Source: an uncultured bacterium (GTDB taxonomy: Bacteria > Abyssobacteria > SURF-5). Taken from it: a DNA stretch of 64,000 nt. Of the stretch, positions 39,983 to 50,072 are shown one piece after another. The notes below the pieces were generated by a model. The model was not told where the DNA came from. It saw only the letters and a list, made by a program, of their open reading frames with translations, and did not search any database. Numbering within the stretch: position 1 is the stretch's first letter; every line of letters starts with the position of its first letter. Made by a program: the position numbers and the translations under genes. The stretch spans positions 1 to 64,000 of the forward strand of contig CAZSKP010000022.1 of assembly GCA_964607485.1 (NCBI GenBank). Direction: 5' to 3'.

Positions 39983-41918
39983 CGTCGCGATCATAAGAAT
40001 AGTGGGCAGTTTCCTTCTCATAGTTTTCTCCTTCGTGCTGCCGTATTTTCTGCTCGCTCGGTGGAAGAGGCTTTCCGCGCAAGAAGCCCTCGTGACTTCC
40101 TTCGGGGCGTCTTCCCTGCTTTTCGGCGCCACCGCATTCTTTACGCATGTGACCGGTCTCAATCAGCAGGCAGCGCACTGGGTTGTGCTCGTTGCGCTGA
40201 CCCTGCTGGCTGTGCCCGGTCTTCGGCAAGGATTCCGAAGGCTCAAACGAGAGGCGAGCTTCCCGCTATGGGCTTTCTTTTCGGCGCTACTGCTTCTCAT
40301 AATGACGCTCCATGCGGTTTTCCCCGTCTATATAGGCGGCTTCTGGTATTTCGACTGGTGGCAGCATTACGACCTCTCGCGGCTGTACATGGGCAAGGTT
40401 CCTCACGATTATCTCTGGCTGGGAATCTACAATTTCGCCTCTCGGACGCCGTTGATGAATCTGAACGCCGCGTTCTTCCTCGCCATCCTCGGCGACAATT
40501 ATTCGATATTCCAGATTGTCGCCTCGATTCTCAACTCGACTTTTCTCCTGCCCGCCTATCTCCTTTGCAGGAGAATATCGGGCAAGAGAGTAGCCGCGAT
40601 GGTGACCGCTCTGCTCTTCCTCTCGCCCTCTATCGTTCACAATACGTGGTATCCCTGGCCGAAGATGTTCGCGGCCTACTTCGTGCTGCTGGCCGCCTAC
40701 TTCTATCTCAAGCAGAGGCGGGAAGGCTACATCCCGGACAATACCGCGTGCATCCTGGTGTTCGCGCTGGTGTGGGCGGGTTTTCTGGCCCATCAGTCGT
40801 CGCTTTTTTCTTCCGTCGTGATTCTTCTCGACATGTTTCTTCGGGCGCTGAGGAGAGAACCAAGAAGGTTCCTACTTTTGGGGGTGACGTGCGTCCTGTG
40901 CTTCATTGTCATCAACGGCGCATGGTTCGCCTGGGCCACGAGTTATTTCGGGGTGAAGCGCAGCTTTCTATCTTACTACGAGAGGCCGGCCACAGTCGGC
41001 GGATTGTCGGGATATCTCATTCTGTTCACCTATCACACACTTGCCACAATCTGCTCGCCGCTCTTCCTGTATGACTTCGCCGGAAAGACGTTTGACGTAT
41101 TGAATTTCTTCGAGAATCTGCAGGTTCTGTATTACAATTCTTTCGTCGGGTTCAGTACCGTCACCGTATTCATCGTCGCGCTCGTGGTTCTGGTCAAACG
41201 GGTGGCCGCTAAGGGTGATAAGCCCGGCTACGCCCGATACGCGCTTGGGATTCAGGTGCGAAGCATTCTGTTGGCTGCGGGGATATGGTGTCTCGCGGTC
41301 GCCGCGATGGTCTTCCTGGTTCCCGGCTTCGGCGACGCGCTTTTTTCTCATTCATTCCATCATCCCCAGTTCGCCCGAAAGATGTTCGGCGCCCTCTTCC
41401 TCGCCGGGGCAGTCGGGGCAAGCGTAGCCGCGGCCTTCCTTTGGCTGTTCGCGCGAAGGAGCACACAGGCGCGAACGGAATCGGCGCGGGATTTCGACGG
41501 CTGGCTCCTTTTCTGGATGGCGGTTGTCGGGTACGCGGGCGGGATAGCGACGCATCATGAGCTCTACATTCATGGGATGGTCAGTGCCGGCTGCGCCACG
41601 TCGGTTCTGCTCACGGCGCTGCTTCTGGCGCGCGTTTGCTCGGATGTGTCACGGGTCACGAGATTGTTTCTCGCGGTCCCGATTTTCTTTGAAAGTTTCC
41701 TGATCACATGGCTTCCTCTTCTCATCATCAAGTATGACTGGGGATGGGCAGGCGAGAAGAACTGGCAGTTGAAGGAACAGAACTCGTTGGTCCTGATGGC
41801 CGACCTTTTTTCGCACGCATGGTGGGCGCTGATGGCGGCGGGGCTGGCGGTTCAGGCGGCGATGCTGATTTTTTGGGTAACCGCGAGCGGGGAGGAACGG
41901 CATGAGCGCGGCTCCTGA
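39975..41918 (+). CDS. Polytopic membrane protein, probable GT-C family
   Basis: Many TMs; YFDWWQH, SRTPLMN and YPWPKM; GTG start overlaps the upstream stop. Confidence 0.55.
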   Translation: MADVAIIRIVGSFLLIVFSFVLPYFLLARWKRLSAQEALVTSFGASSLLFGATAFFTHVTGLNQQAAHWVVLVALTLLAVPGLRQGFRRLKREASFPLWAFFSALLLLIMTLHAVFPVYIGGFWYFDWWQHYDLSRLYMGKVPHDYLWLGIYNFASRTPLMNLNAAFFLAILGDNYSIFQIVASILNSTFLLPAYLLCRRISGKRVAAMVTALLFLSPSIVHNTWYPWPKMFAAYFVLLAAYFYLKQRREGYIPDNTACILVFALVWAGFLAHQSSLFSSVVILLDMFLRALRREPRRFLLLGVTCVLCFIVINGAWFAWATSYFGVKRSFLSYYERPATVGGLSGYLILFTYHTLATICSPLFLYDFAGKTFDVLNFFENLQVLYYNSFVGFSTVTVFIVALVVLVKRVAAKGDKPGYARYALGIQVRSILLAAGIWCLAVAAMVFLVPGFGDALFSHSFHHPQFARKMFGALFLAGAVGASVAAAFLWLFARRSTQARTESARDFDGWLLFWMAVVGYAGGIATHHELYIHGMVSAGCATSVLLTALLLARVCSDVSRVTRLFLAVPIFFESFLITWLPLLIIKYDWGWAGEKNWQLKEQNSLVLMADLFSHAWWALMAAGLAVQAAMLIFWVTASGEERHERGS

Positions 41919-43524
41919 GCAAGAACACGAATCGCCTGAACAGAACGAGAAAACTCCTGCTTATCAAGGCGCGAACGGGAGGACGGGCGGAGCATCCCTT
42001 GTCGCTGCCCTTTTCCTATTCATCTTCGCTTTCTTTTTCTTCATCGCGCTGAGAAGACCTGCCGACGTGGATGAAGGCTTCTTCCTGGTGATGGGGAAAT
42101 CGATCTTCGTTTACGGTCGAACGATCTACCTTGATTTCTTCTCTCCGCAGATGCCGCTGCTGCCTTACGTGTATGGCGGCATCATGAGCGTGTTCGGCTA
42201 CAAGTGGGTGGTCGCGAGGGCCGTTTGCGCGCTTTTGGCATCCGCCGTCGGCGCGATGTTGTGCAAGTATGCATACGACAGGACTCGCAGTTGGGTTTTC
42301 GCGGTGTCGGTCGCGGTTATATTCTGTTTTTCTCCGTTCATGTTCATATGGCTGAGCTGCGCGCGAGTTTCCGCGCTGGTCATATTCTTTCTGGTCAGTT
42401 CGGTCATTCTGCTCCCGCCCATAGCGGCGCGCTCTTCCGCCTGGCGCTATGCGTTGTCCGGCTTTCTTGTGGGGCTGGCGGTGGATACCCGCCTCTTCAT
42501 GCTCGCCGCCGTGCCTGCTCTCGCGTTCCATGTGAGCCGCGTCGAGAAACAGCATGTGCGCCGGGCAGTCTTATATTTTCTCGGCGGTACTGCGCTTGCG
42601 CTGGCGGTCAACCTCCCGCTGTTCATCGCGAGCCCGGCGACATACCTGTGGGACATAATCGGCGTCCATGCGATGAAAACGCCAAATGGACTGATAGGAA
42701 ACTTCAACCAGAAGCTCGACCTCCTGCTCCAGCTTCTCTTCGCCTATCCCGCGCTCAGGCCGACGCTCTACCTCGGCTATGTGGTCGTCTTCGTTGCGTA
42801 TATGGCGCACCAGATTACTCGCCGCATCCCGCTGTCGGAATGGAACCCGGCCTTCCATGCGGCCTGCGCAATCTTTCTCGTCTCGCTGCTTCCGACGCCG
42901 ACGTTCGGCCGCTATTTCGCCGTGCCGGTTCCCTTCTTCATGATGTTGGGAATCGACCTCGCTCAGTCCGCGCTGGACAAGATGGGGGCAGACTACGCGA
43001 GAAAGGCGGCGATAGGCGTCATAGCGGCAGGGGCAATTCTGTTCGCGTGTCTGTCGCTCGGCAAGATCGATTTCTACATATTCAAGGGAAACAACCTCGA
43101 GGGCTCGATGCAGACCGAGGGCGGCAAAGAAGACTGGTATCTGAAGAACGTCAAGAGGGTCTCCCGGGAAATAGACAGGCTCGTCGCGCCCGACGCCGAC
43201 GTGCTGAGCCTTTGGCCCGGCTATCTGCTTGAATCGAGAGTGAGGATTCTGCAGAGAACCGAGAACGTCACGATGCTGGAGCTTGAGGACAAGGTCTCCG
43301 ACAGAATGCTCGCGCTTTCGCAGACAATCGCCGACGCGGAAATCCGACAGGGCATCCGCGCCAAGGAATTCGACCTGTTCATATACGGCAATTCCATCGC
43401 CCCTCATGCCCCGGAGTATAAAGCTTTGCTCACTCAGAACGGATACACCGTTGCCGAGAAGGTCGGCGGCATATCGCTCTTCTTGTCACCCGAATATGAG
43501 CGCCGCTCTCCCGAGGGCTCATAG
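41902..43524 (+). CDS. GT-C/ArnT-like membrane glycosyltransferase (paralog of 38399-39982)
   Basis: DVDEGFF, IYLDFFSPQMPLLP, LLPTPTF and WPGYLL shared with the upstream paralog. Confidence 0.7.
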   Translation: MSAAPEQEHESPEQNEKTPAYQGANGRTGGASLVAALFLFIFAFFFFIALRRPADVDEGFFLVMGKSIFVYGRTIYLDFFSPQMPLLPYVYGGIMSVFGYKWVVARAVCALLASAVGAMLCKYAYDRTRSWVFAVSVAVIFCFSPFMFIWLSCARVSALVIFFLVSSVILLPPIAARSSAWRYALSGFLVGLAVDTRLFMLAAVPALAFHVSRVEKQHVRRAVLYFLGGTALALAVNLPLFIASPATYLWDIIGVHAMKTPNGLIGNFNQKLDLLLQLLFAYPALRPTLYLGYVVVFVAYMAHQITRRIPLSEWNPAFHAACAIFLVSLLPTPTFGRYFAVPVPFFMMLGIDLAQSALDKMGADYARKAAIGVIAAGAILFACLSLGKIDFYIFKGNNLEGSMQTEGGKEDWYLKNVKRVSREIDRLVAPDADVLSLWPGYLLESRVRILQRTENVTMLELEDKVSDRMLALSQTIADAEIRQGIRAKEFDLFIYGNSIAPHAPEYKALLTQNGYTVAEKVGGISLFLSPEYERRSPEGS

Positions 43525-43535
43525 GGGGAGGCAGG

Positions 43536-43817
43536 ATGCAGATGTACTCCGAAAAGGTCGAGGTCGAGTGTGAGGGCGAGCCCGCGAGGCCAGTCTCATT
43601 CACCTGGCGCGATGAAGAATTCCGGATTGAAAAGATATTGAGAAGCTGGCAGGACTGGGGCTTTCCGCCCGGGTCGCCCCGTCGCAAGAGCTGGCGGTTG
43701 CGCCGCCATCGCACCTATTTCAAGGTACGCACCGACAAAGGGAGAATATTCGAGCTTTATATGGACCGGAAGACCCCGGAGCTCACGTGGGTGCTCTATC
43801 GCGAGCTCGAGGCTTGA
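43536..43817 (+). CDS. Small conserved protein (DUF6504-like)
   Basis: P.SFTWR...W....HRTYFKVRT..G.IFELY pattern; SD GGAGG. Confidence 0.65.
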   Translation: MQMYSEKVEVECEGEPARPVSFTWRDEEFRIEKILRSWQDWGFPPGSPRRKSWRLRRHRTYFKVRTDKGRIFELYMDRKTPELTWVLYRELEA

Positions 43818-43847
43818 TGACTTGAGCGTTCCGCTGGACGCGCCCGC

Positions 43848-44105
43848 TCACCACGTCCGACGATACTTGCCTCCGCCCTCGTTTATGAGCTTGGTGAAGC
43901 CGTGCTTCTTCAAATTGCCGTCCGAGAGGACGGACTTGTCGCTGCGCCCGGTTCTCACAAACGGAGCGCATATGACGCGCTCCACTGCGGCGCCGCAATC
44001 GGGACACTTCTCGAGCGGCGCCTCGCTCATGCTCTGCTTCCGCTCGAAGCTGTCACGGCAAAGCTTGCAGCCACCAGATTTAGCTCTGTACACGTAGATC
44101 GGCAC
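43848..44105 (-). CDS. FmdB family Zn-ribbon protein
   Basis: MPIYVYR...CKLC...FE..QSMSEAPL..CPDCG. Confidence 0.85.
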   Translation of the reverse strand: MPIYVYRAKSGGCKLCRDSFERKQSMSEAPLEKCPDCGAAVERVICAPFVRTGRSDKSVLSDGNLKKHGFTKLINEGGGKYRRTW

Positions 44106-44222
44106 TGTCCGCCTCTGCGAGTTTCAGACTGAAGTTCCCCTTACTATTTTCGACTATCTCGCGCCTCATGTCAAGTTCGGCGTCGTCACTCTGTTCATGG
44201 ATGCCAAAATCGGAACGGGACG

Positions 44223-46193
44223 CTAGAAAGAATACAACGTGATGGATTTCACATCTATAGTCGTATTGGGGTGGTTGCTCAGCCGTACTGCGATTCGAAG
44301 GATAACTGGTTCTCGCATTAGCCAAGCGTTGGCATACAGGGGCACGGTATAGGTGTGTGGAAATCTGTCGTTCTGCACGGGGAACGCGATGGAATTCTTC
44401 TCGTTATACGACACGTCATCCTCACCCACCCAGAACAACTGGCCCGTCAGGGGGACTTTTCTCGGGTTTTCGGCCCGACAGACGATCTGCACATACTTGA
44501 CCTCTCTCCTCCCCAGGAAAGGACTCTTCAGGAAGGAGAAATTTCCGGTTGTAATGAATCTGTGCGAGCCAGCGGTCCTATCGAAAACCACTGAAAGCTC
44601 ATGGGCGGGCTCCCACTGGTGAAGGTCGTCGTATTGTGAAAAATCCCACGAGAACAAGATATTTCCCCCGGAGCCGGGCGCTCCAGAACCCCGAACGACC
44701 GTCTCGAACTGTCGAAAACGTTTCCGCGAAGAATCCCATTCAAAGAAATAATAATTCGAAGGGCCTCCTTCCGGTTTGACGTCCTCGACAGACTTCACAT
44801 AGGGAGCTGCCCATTCGAGGGCGGGATAGTGTTCATACCCATCCCCCCCGCCGAGCAGGGAAAAACATTCTGACAGACCGGTAAAGAAAACTCCCACTCT
44901 CCCGAGCAACTCCGGAACCCGAAAGAAGTTGGCTTTCGCGGGCGTCTTGAGAAGAGGCTTCACATCGCTCTGGAAGCTTGCCTGGATTTCCTTCGAGCTC
45001 CGCCACGCCTCGGTCCAATAGTGGCCATGATAAATCGTGTTGACAGAGTAGAGCGCCACCGCCGCACAGGGCAGCAACGCGGTGAGCCTCTTCCGTCGAA
45101 GAAACTTCGGCGGAAGCGAAAGCATCTGTCCAAGCATCAGGCAGAAACCGACAGAAGGCAAATAGCTGAATCTGTTGGTTACCAGGTCGCCCAACGCGTA
45201 TTTCTCGATCATAACGAGCGCGGGGGCCGCCGTCACGAGTACCCACGCCAGCCCAAAGCTGAGCGCCCTCCTGGACTCTCTTTTCACGCAGAAGCACAGT
45301 ATCGATAAAACGAGAAACAGGTCTATGAGAAGAGGCAGCCAGGCTGAAATCGAATGGATTGAATAGTTGGGGTATATGAGGCTTCCGAGCACGGTCGTAT
45401 AGTTCTTCAACACGTTCACATTGACGAGGGAAAGAATGTCCGGTGTCTCGACCCTGTAGCGATAAAGGACTTGGATTCTCAGCAACGTGTAGCAGAATTG
45501 CAGAACGAAATAAGGAAGGCTTATCATCGCCGCTGAAAGTATGCGCCTCTTGTTGAATCCACGTTTCCAAAACCATACTAATGACAGTCCCAGAACAATT
45601 ACGGGCAGCGTCGCCGCCATCTCTTTTGAAAATATCGACAGGATGGCAAACACGAGAGAGCCGAGATAAAACGGGAGCCGTCTTGACTCAAGGAACGAGA
45701 CCAAAAGCAATATGGAAAGAAGGAAAAACAGGGTGCAGACGACGTCGAAAATGCCCGATACCCATTGCACGGCTTGAATGTGGCCGGTAAAGACCGAGAA
45801 GATGCAGGCGCTTATGAAGGCGACATTTTCCTGAAAAACTTTCTTGAGCAGGAAGAAGACCAATACGCAGTTGATGATGTGCAGGGATAGCGTCGCCACA
45901 TGATAATAAACCGGCACGAGGCCGACGAGTTTGTACAGGAGCACCCACATCAACACCGGGACTGGCCTATAGAAGAATGTGGAACGTTCGAAGACGCCCA
46001 GCGTCATCAGGCTCTTGGCTGAGAAAACAAAGCTGCTGGCGCGTGCATTGAAGTAGAAATCGTCGCTGAGGAACTGGCCGCAGAACTTGTCGGAGAAAAC
46101 TGCGAGGCTGGCGAGAACTATCAACAGAACCTGTACCGGCACTCTCTTTTGCGTCGGCGCCGGTGCATGGGACTTCTCATTATCAGAATGCAA
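44223..46193 (-). CDS. Membrane protein, GT-C/TMTC-PMT-like, with C-terminal soluble domain
   Basis: LSDDFYF, FYRPV, YHVATLSLH, SKEMA and RFSYLPSVG motifs. Confidence 0.7.
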   Translation of the reverse strand: MHSDNEKSHAPAPTQKRVPVQVLLIVLASLAVFSDKFCGQFLSDDFYFNARASSFVFSAKSLMTLGVFERSTFFYRPVPVLMWVLLYKLVGLVPVYYHVATLSLHIINCVLVFFLLKKVFQENVAFISACIFSVFTGHIQAVQWVSGIFDVVCTLFFLLSILLLVSFLESRRLPFYLGSLVFAILSIFSKEMAATLPVIVLGLSLVWFWKRGFNKRRILSAAMISLPYFVLQFCYTLLRIQVLYRYRVETPDILSLVNVNVLKNYTTVLGSLIYPNYSIHSISAWLPLLIDLFLVLSILCFCVKRESRRALSFGLAWVLVTAAPALVMIEKYALGDLVTNRFSYLPSVGFCLMLGQMLSLPPKFLRRKRLTALLPCAAVALYSVNTIYHGHYWTEAWRSSKEIQASFQSDVKPLLKTPAKANFFRVPELLGRVGVFFTGLSECFSLLGGGDGYEHYPALEWAAPYVKSVEDVKPEGGPSNYYFFEWDSSRKRFRQFETVVRGSGAPGSGGNILFSWDFSQYDDLHQWEPAHELSVVFDRTAGSHRFITTGNFSFLKSPFLGRREVKYVQIVCRAENPRKVPLTGQLFWVGEDDVSYNEKNSIAFPVQNDRFPHTYTVPLYANAWLMREPVILRIAVRLSNHPNTTIDVKSITLYSF

Positions 46194-46350
46194 ATATGCG
46201 GTCTCCCGCCGTGGAAGTTCTTAGAAAAAATAGGAAGGCATAGCTGGAAAGCAGAACCTCGATTTTCCCCACCACATACGAGACCCAGGATTTCAGGAGC
46301 TTCCTGTCGGCTTCATGAGGTCCGTTTTTTCACGGATGCCGGAGGCGATG

Positions 46351-47208
46351 TCACTTGTCGGCGAACGGAGCCAGTAGGTCGTTTTCCGCGATGTAGCTCA
46401 GGCTTTCGCCAAACTTTTCGCAGGTCATCTCAATCGTGAATTGGGGTCTGATGTCTCGTGCCGCCAGCTCTCGGAACGCTCTTCGGAAATCCACCGTTCC
46501 CTTTCCCAGCGCCAGATGCTCGTCCTCGGCTCCCATGTTATCATTCAGGTGCACTTCGGCAATGTCGGCCCCGAGTTCGTTCAGCCAGTCGCTCAGGGAC
46601 GTTTTCGAATACACATTGAAATGGCCGATATCGAAGCAGAACTTTACAGAGTCCGATGCCAGGCCTTCTTTGAGCACAACGATGTGCTTTGGCGAAGAAA
46701 TGAACATGTTTTCGAGCCTTATCGTTATCGGGAGCTGCTCCGCCAATTCCACTATCGGCTTCCACGTGCGCACACTGCTTTCGAGCCACTTGTCGAGCGC
46801 GCTCTCCGGCAGCAGCGGATTTACTCCCTCATGAAGCACGAGGCTCTTCGCTCCAAGCGCGCGGCAGACAGCAAGTGTCTTGAAGTAGCAGTGCCGGGTA
46901 TAATCGCGAACGACCACGTCGAGGCTGCCGGGGTTGAGGTCGTGGACGGGTCCATGCACCGAAACCTCGATTCCCGCGTCGGACAATAAGCCCGCCACCT
47001 CGGCTATCTCCTCAGCCGGGTAATCGCAGATCCAATTTGTGTCGTAGAGAACGATCTCGGCGCCGAGACCGTTGCGACGGAGAAAGCCGACCTTGCGGCG
47101 CACCATCCTCAGCGGAATCGTCGCAGAAATCTTTATCCCACTGCGGCGCAAAAGCTTCACCGAACGGAGTTGTTTCGGCTCTCTCGGAACAGTCCTTCTT
47201 CCAGCCAA
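46351..47208 (-). CDS. Sugar phosphate isomerase/epimerase (xylose isomerase-like TIM barrel)
   Basis: SVHGP, LENM, FDIGH, VHLNDN...DEHLALG and IE; start estimated. Confidence 0.85.
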   Translation of the reverse strand: MAGRRTVPREPKQLRSVKLLRRSGIKISATIPLRMVRRKVGFLRRNGLGAEIVLYDTNWICDYPAEEIAEVAGLLSDAGIEVSVHGPVHDLNPGSLDVVVRDYTRHCYFKTLAVCRALGAKSLVLHEGVNPLLPESALDKWLESSVRTWKPIVELAEQLPITIRLENMFISSPKHIVVLKEGLASDSVKFCFDIGHFNVYSKTSLSDWLNELGADIAEVHLNDNMGAEDEHLALGKGTVDFRRAFRELAARDIRPQFTIEMTCEKFGESLSYIAENDLLAPFADK

Positions 47209-47324
47209 TCTTCGATTCCTCGCGCGAAAGCCCCGGCAACCACGTGCCCGGGAACATGACCACACCCGGCGGAACCATCACGCCTTATAAAACGAGCGGC
47301 ACGGATTCCGCGCTTATTCCTTCC

Positions 47325-48611
47325 CTATCGAAGCTCGCCCCGCGACACTGTCGGAGGACAAAATTCGTGATTTTTCATCTCCTGCCCCATCGCCAGGCAC
47401 GAGATTCGAGCGACGGTGTAGTAGAGGGCGAAGGAGCAATGGCCGTCGTAGCAGGCCAAGACCTCGTCGATGTCGTCTTCCGCCAGACACAATTTGGCGA
47501 ATCGAGCGCCGGGCGCGTTGAGGGATTCGGCTTCCGACCTGCTTTCGCCGTACCGGAAAAAGCCTCCGAGCACCTGGTCGCCCACCATGTATATGACGGG
47601 CTCGCCCGGGTGCTCGTTGAAGTAGTCGGCGGTGGGAATGCATTCCTGAATGATGACCGCATGGATGCCCGAGCCGCTCTTGCCGCGTGACATCTTGTTC
47701 CTCTGGCTCCTGTTGAGGTTCAGCACTTCCTCTCCCGATTGCACGACGATTATGCCCATCCCGTAAGTGCCGGCGTTGTCCTTGATGAAGGCGAGCGGTT
47801 TCCTGTCGATTCCGTATTCGTCATACTTGGCGGCGATGCGGCCCAGCAGATAGTCCACTTTCTTGGCGACGCGGTCAGTCCCTTTGCCGTTTTTGAAACT
47901 GACGTCGGCCTCAAACTCGGTCAGGGGAGACAAGAGCCAGGGATCGACCTCGAGTATGTCCGCAAACTCCCTTGTCAGCGAATCGTAAATCTGAAAGTGC
48001 TCCCATTTCGAGCGGATGTGCCACCCCATCTCCGGCGGGGGCGTCACCGGCTGGTCGGCGACGGCAAGCTCCTCCGGCCTGCCGTCTGAGAAATCGTTAT
48101 TGACAAGGATGAGGTCGGGCGTGAAGTCCTTGGAGCGCAGCAGGTTACCGTCCAGAACAAGCCTATGTATCTGAATCTTCTCTCCTTCGAACGTGTCGAG
48201 CTCGGTTACTCCGTCCTTGAATTTCGGGTCGGCCGTGGCGACGAGAACTTTGAAGCCGGCCCGCTCGACCATCGACCTCAGAGAATGAAGATTTTGCAGA
48301 TAGTATTTGTTGCGGGTGTGACTTTCCGGGTAGATGACGATGCGCTCGACGTTGGGGTACGACGCGGCCACAAACTCGCGGAGCAGTTGCGCCCCTTTGT
48401 CGAGGAACGAATCGCACAGATTGTTGAAGCCGGCAGGGAATATGTTGGCGTCGATGGCCGACATCTTGAAACCGGCGTCCCGCACGTCCACCGACGAATA
48501 AATGGGAAAACACACCTTTTCCGCATGCCGCTTTATCCAGGACTCGACAGAGGAATATCGTTCCGCCAGCTTCTTTTCCAGCCCTTCAACGCTCACAAGT
48601 GCTTCTCCCAT
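47325..48611 (-). CDS. gshA: Glutamate--cysteine ligase, ATP-grasp GshA type
   Basis: YSSVDVRDAGFK..IDANIFPAGFNNL, PESHTRN.YY, LVNNDFS, IKDNAGTYGMG and LNAPGA.F. Confidence 0.8.
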   Translation of the reverse strand: MGEALVSVEGLEKKLAERYSSVESWIKRHAEKVCFPIYSSVDVRDAGFKMSAIDANIFPAGFNNLCDSFLDKGAQLLREFVAASYPNVERIVIYPESHTRNKYYLQNLHSLRSMVERAGFKVLVATADPKFKDGVTELDTFEGEKIQIHRLVLDGNLLRSKDFTPDLILVNNDFSDGRPEELAVADQPVTPPPEMGWHIRSKWEHFQIYDSLTREFADILEVDPWLLSPLTEFEADVSFKNGKGTDRVAKKVDYLLGRIAAKYDEYGIDRKPLAFIKDNAGTYGMGIIVVQSGEEVLNLNRSQRNKMSRGKSGSGIHAVIIQECIPTADYFNEHPGEPVIYMVGDQVLGGFFRYGESRSEAESLNAPGARFAKLCLAEDDIDEVLACYDGHCSFALYYTVARISCLAMGQEMKNHEFCPPTVSRGELR

Positions 48612-48633
48612 TCGATTCCGCGATACACATCGG

Positions 48634-49182
48634 TCAGCGGCTGAGGACATCCACATTCACAACCTCAAGTCGCAGTACTTCCGGCTCAAACGAATCGGGG
48701 AACTCCCCAGCGCGAACGTGAAATTCCCTCCCCGAAAGAGGCATCAGCGGACCTCCATCCAGGTCGTCCAGCCGGCTGTCAACGACGAGCGGAATTTCCA
48801 GTGAGGCCTCGCCGCCCGAATGCGTTCTGAAATAGCATTTCAGGTCGGCCGAGCTGACCGCCATCTTGCCCTCGTTTTTCACGTATCCCTTGATTTCGAG
48901 CTCTCGCCCGCCCGCGACGTTGGCGCGAACGTTTTCTACGTGACTCTCAATCGATATCTCTTGGGCATAGTCCGCGGGCGCGACGTTTCCAGACTCTGTG
49001 CCGGAATTCGAGGTCACCGCGGCCGGCCGTCGTCCGACAGCAAGCAGCATCAAGAACATCACGGTCGCAAAAGCCACAGCCGCAATGACTACCGCCATGA
49101 ACGGCCTCGTCGTCTCCACCGGAGCCGCGTCGGAATGTTCCTCTGCGCCGCTCTCTTCGGTCTCGTCGTCTATCACTTGCAT
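48634..49182 (-). CDS. Hypothetical single-TM protein with Ig-like soluble domain
   Basis: One TM, then IKGYVKNEG...F.V pattern. Confidence 0.6.
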   Translation of the reverse strand: MQVIDDETEESGAEEHSDAAPVETTRPFMAVVIAAVAFATVMFLMLLAVGRRPAAVTSNSGTESGNVAPADYAQEISIESHVENVRANVAGGRELEIKGYVKNEGKMAVSSADLKCYFRTHSGGEASLEIPLVVDSRLDDLDGGPLMPLSGREFHVRAGEFPDSFEPEVLRLEVVNVDVLSR

Positions 49183-49466
49183 TTGGCAGAACCGCCAATG
49201 GCCATGAATTGCGCGGGCGTGAGATCGACCGATACGTTCCGAAACAATTCTAACACAACCGTCAAACAGGCGTCAACGCGCAGGCACTGATGCGAGGGGC
49301 CAATGCTGTTCCGCCCGCCGGCGCACGCCTGCAATGATGTAACACATTACTATACAATAAGTTACGCTTTAGCTTGAATATCCCGAGACTTCCTTCGTCT
49401 AAGGCAATAAGGAAGAGAAGGTATGGGAGCGGTTTTCAGGATACTTCGTGTGGGGAGGAACAAGAA

Positions 49467-49847
49467 ATGAGAAAAGGTTTATTGGTCCTCGTGTTGACGC
49501 TCGTTTTGAGCGCCGCCATGGTGTCGTCCGCATACGCCAAAGACGAATTTGAAAGAGGGTTCAAGTACGAACTCGGTGCGATAGCGGCTCGTTCGGCGGT
49601 CGGCTTGGGCGTTGGCGTAGTCCAGGGGGTTTTCGGCGGAGGCGCGTACTACGACGGGTACTACGCGAGGCCTGCTCCCATCTACTACGATTATCCTCCT
49701 CCGTACTATCGGGAAAGGATAATCTACCGGCCGTATCCGCCGCCGCGCTACTACGTGGAACGCCGAGTGTATCGTTGCGGACCGTGCTATGGTCCGCCGC
49801 CTCGAGTCCATCGTCATTACGAGTACCACCGTCACTATTATCGTTAA
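49467..49847 (+). CDS. Hypothetical secreted Tyr/Pro/Arg-rich protein
   Basis: SD GGAGG, signal peptide ending AYA, low-complexity YYxxPPP tail. Confidence 0.7.
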   Translation: MRKGLLVLVLTLVLSAAMVSSAYAKDEFERGFKYELGAIAARSAVGLGVGVVQGVFGGGAYYDGYYARPAPIYYDYPPPYYRERIIYRPYPPPRYYVERRVYRCGPCYGPPPRVHRHYEYHRHYYR

Positions 49848-50072
49848 GACCGGCTGATTGCTGACGAAGATTACGGGATAATGGGTCGGGCTTTGCAAGC
49901 CAGAGTCCGGCCCTCATTCGATTTTCCCCCTTTCCGTCTCCTTTCTTCTTGACAAACACCTCAAATTTGCTATGATGAGAGCCGATTTTTGGCGTACCGC
50001 CTCCACGATGGCAGAGGCTTGCGCCGGTCACGTTTTGGACTCAGTCCGTCCGACGCATCCGGGAGAAACCAT

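Noticed and set aside
49640-49847. TAC/CCG-rich quasi-repeats as a CRISPR array or tandem repeat
   Set aside because: Low-complexity coding sequence of a Tyr/Pro-rich protein with no repeat-spacer periodicity. No CRISPR array or cas gene was seen in the window.
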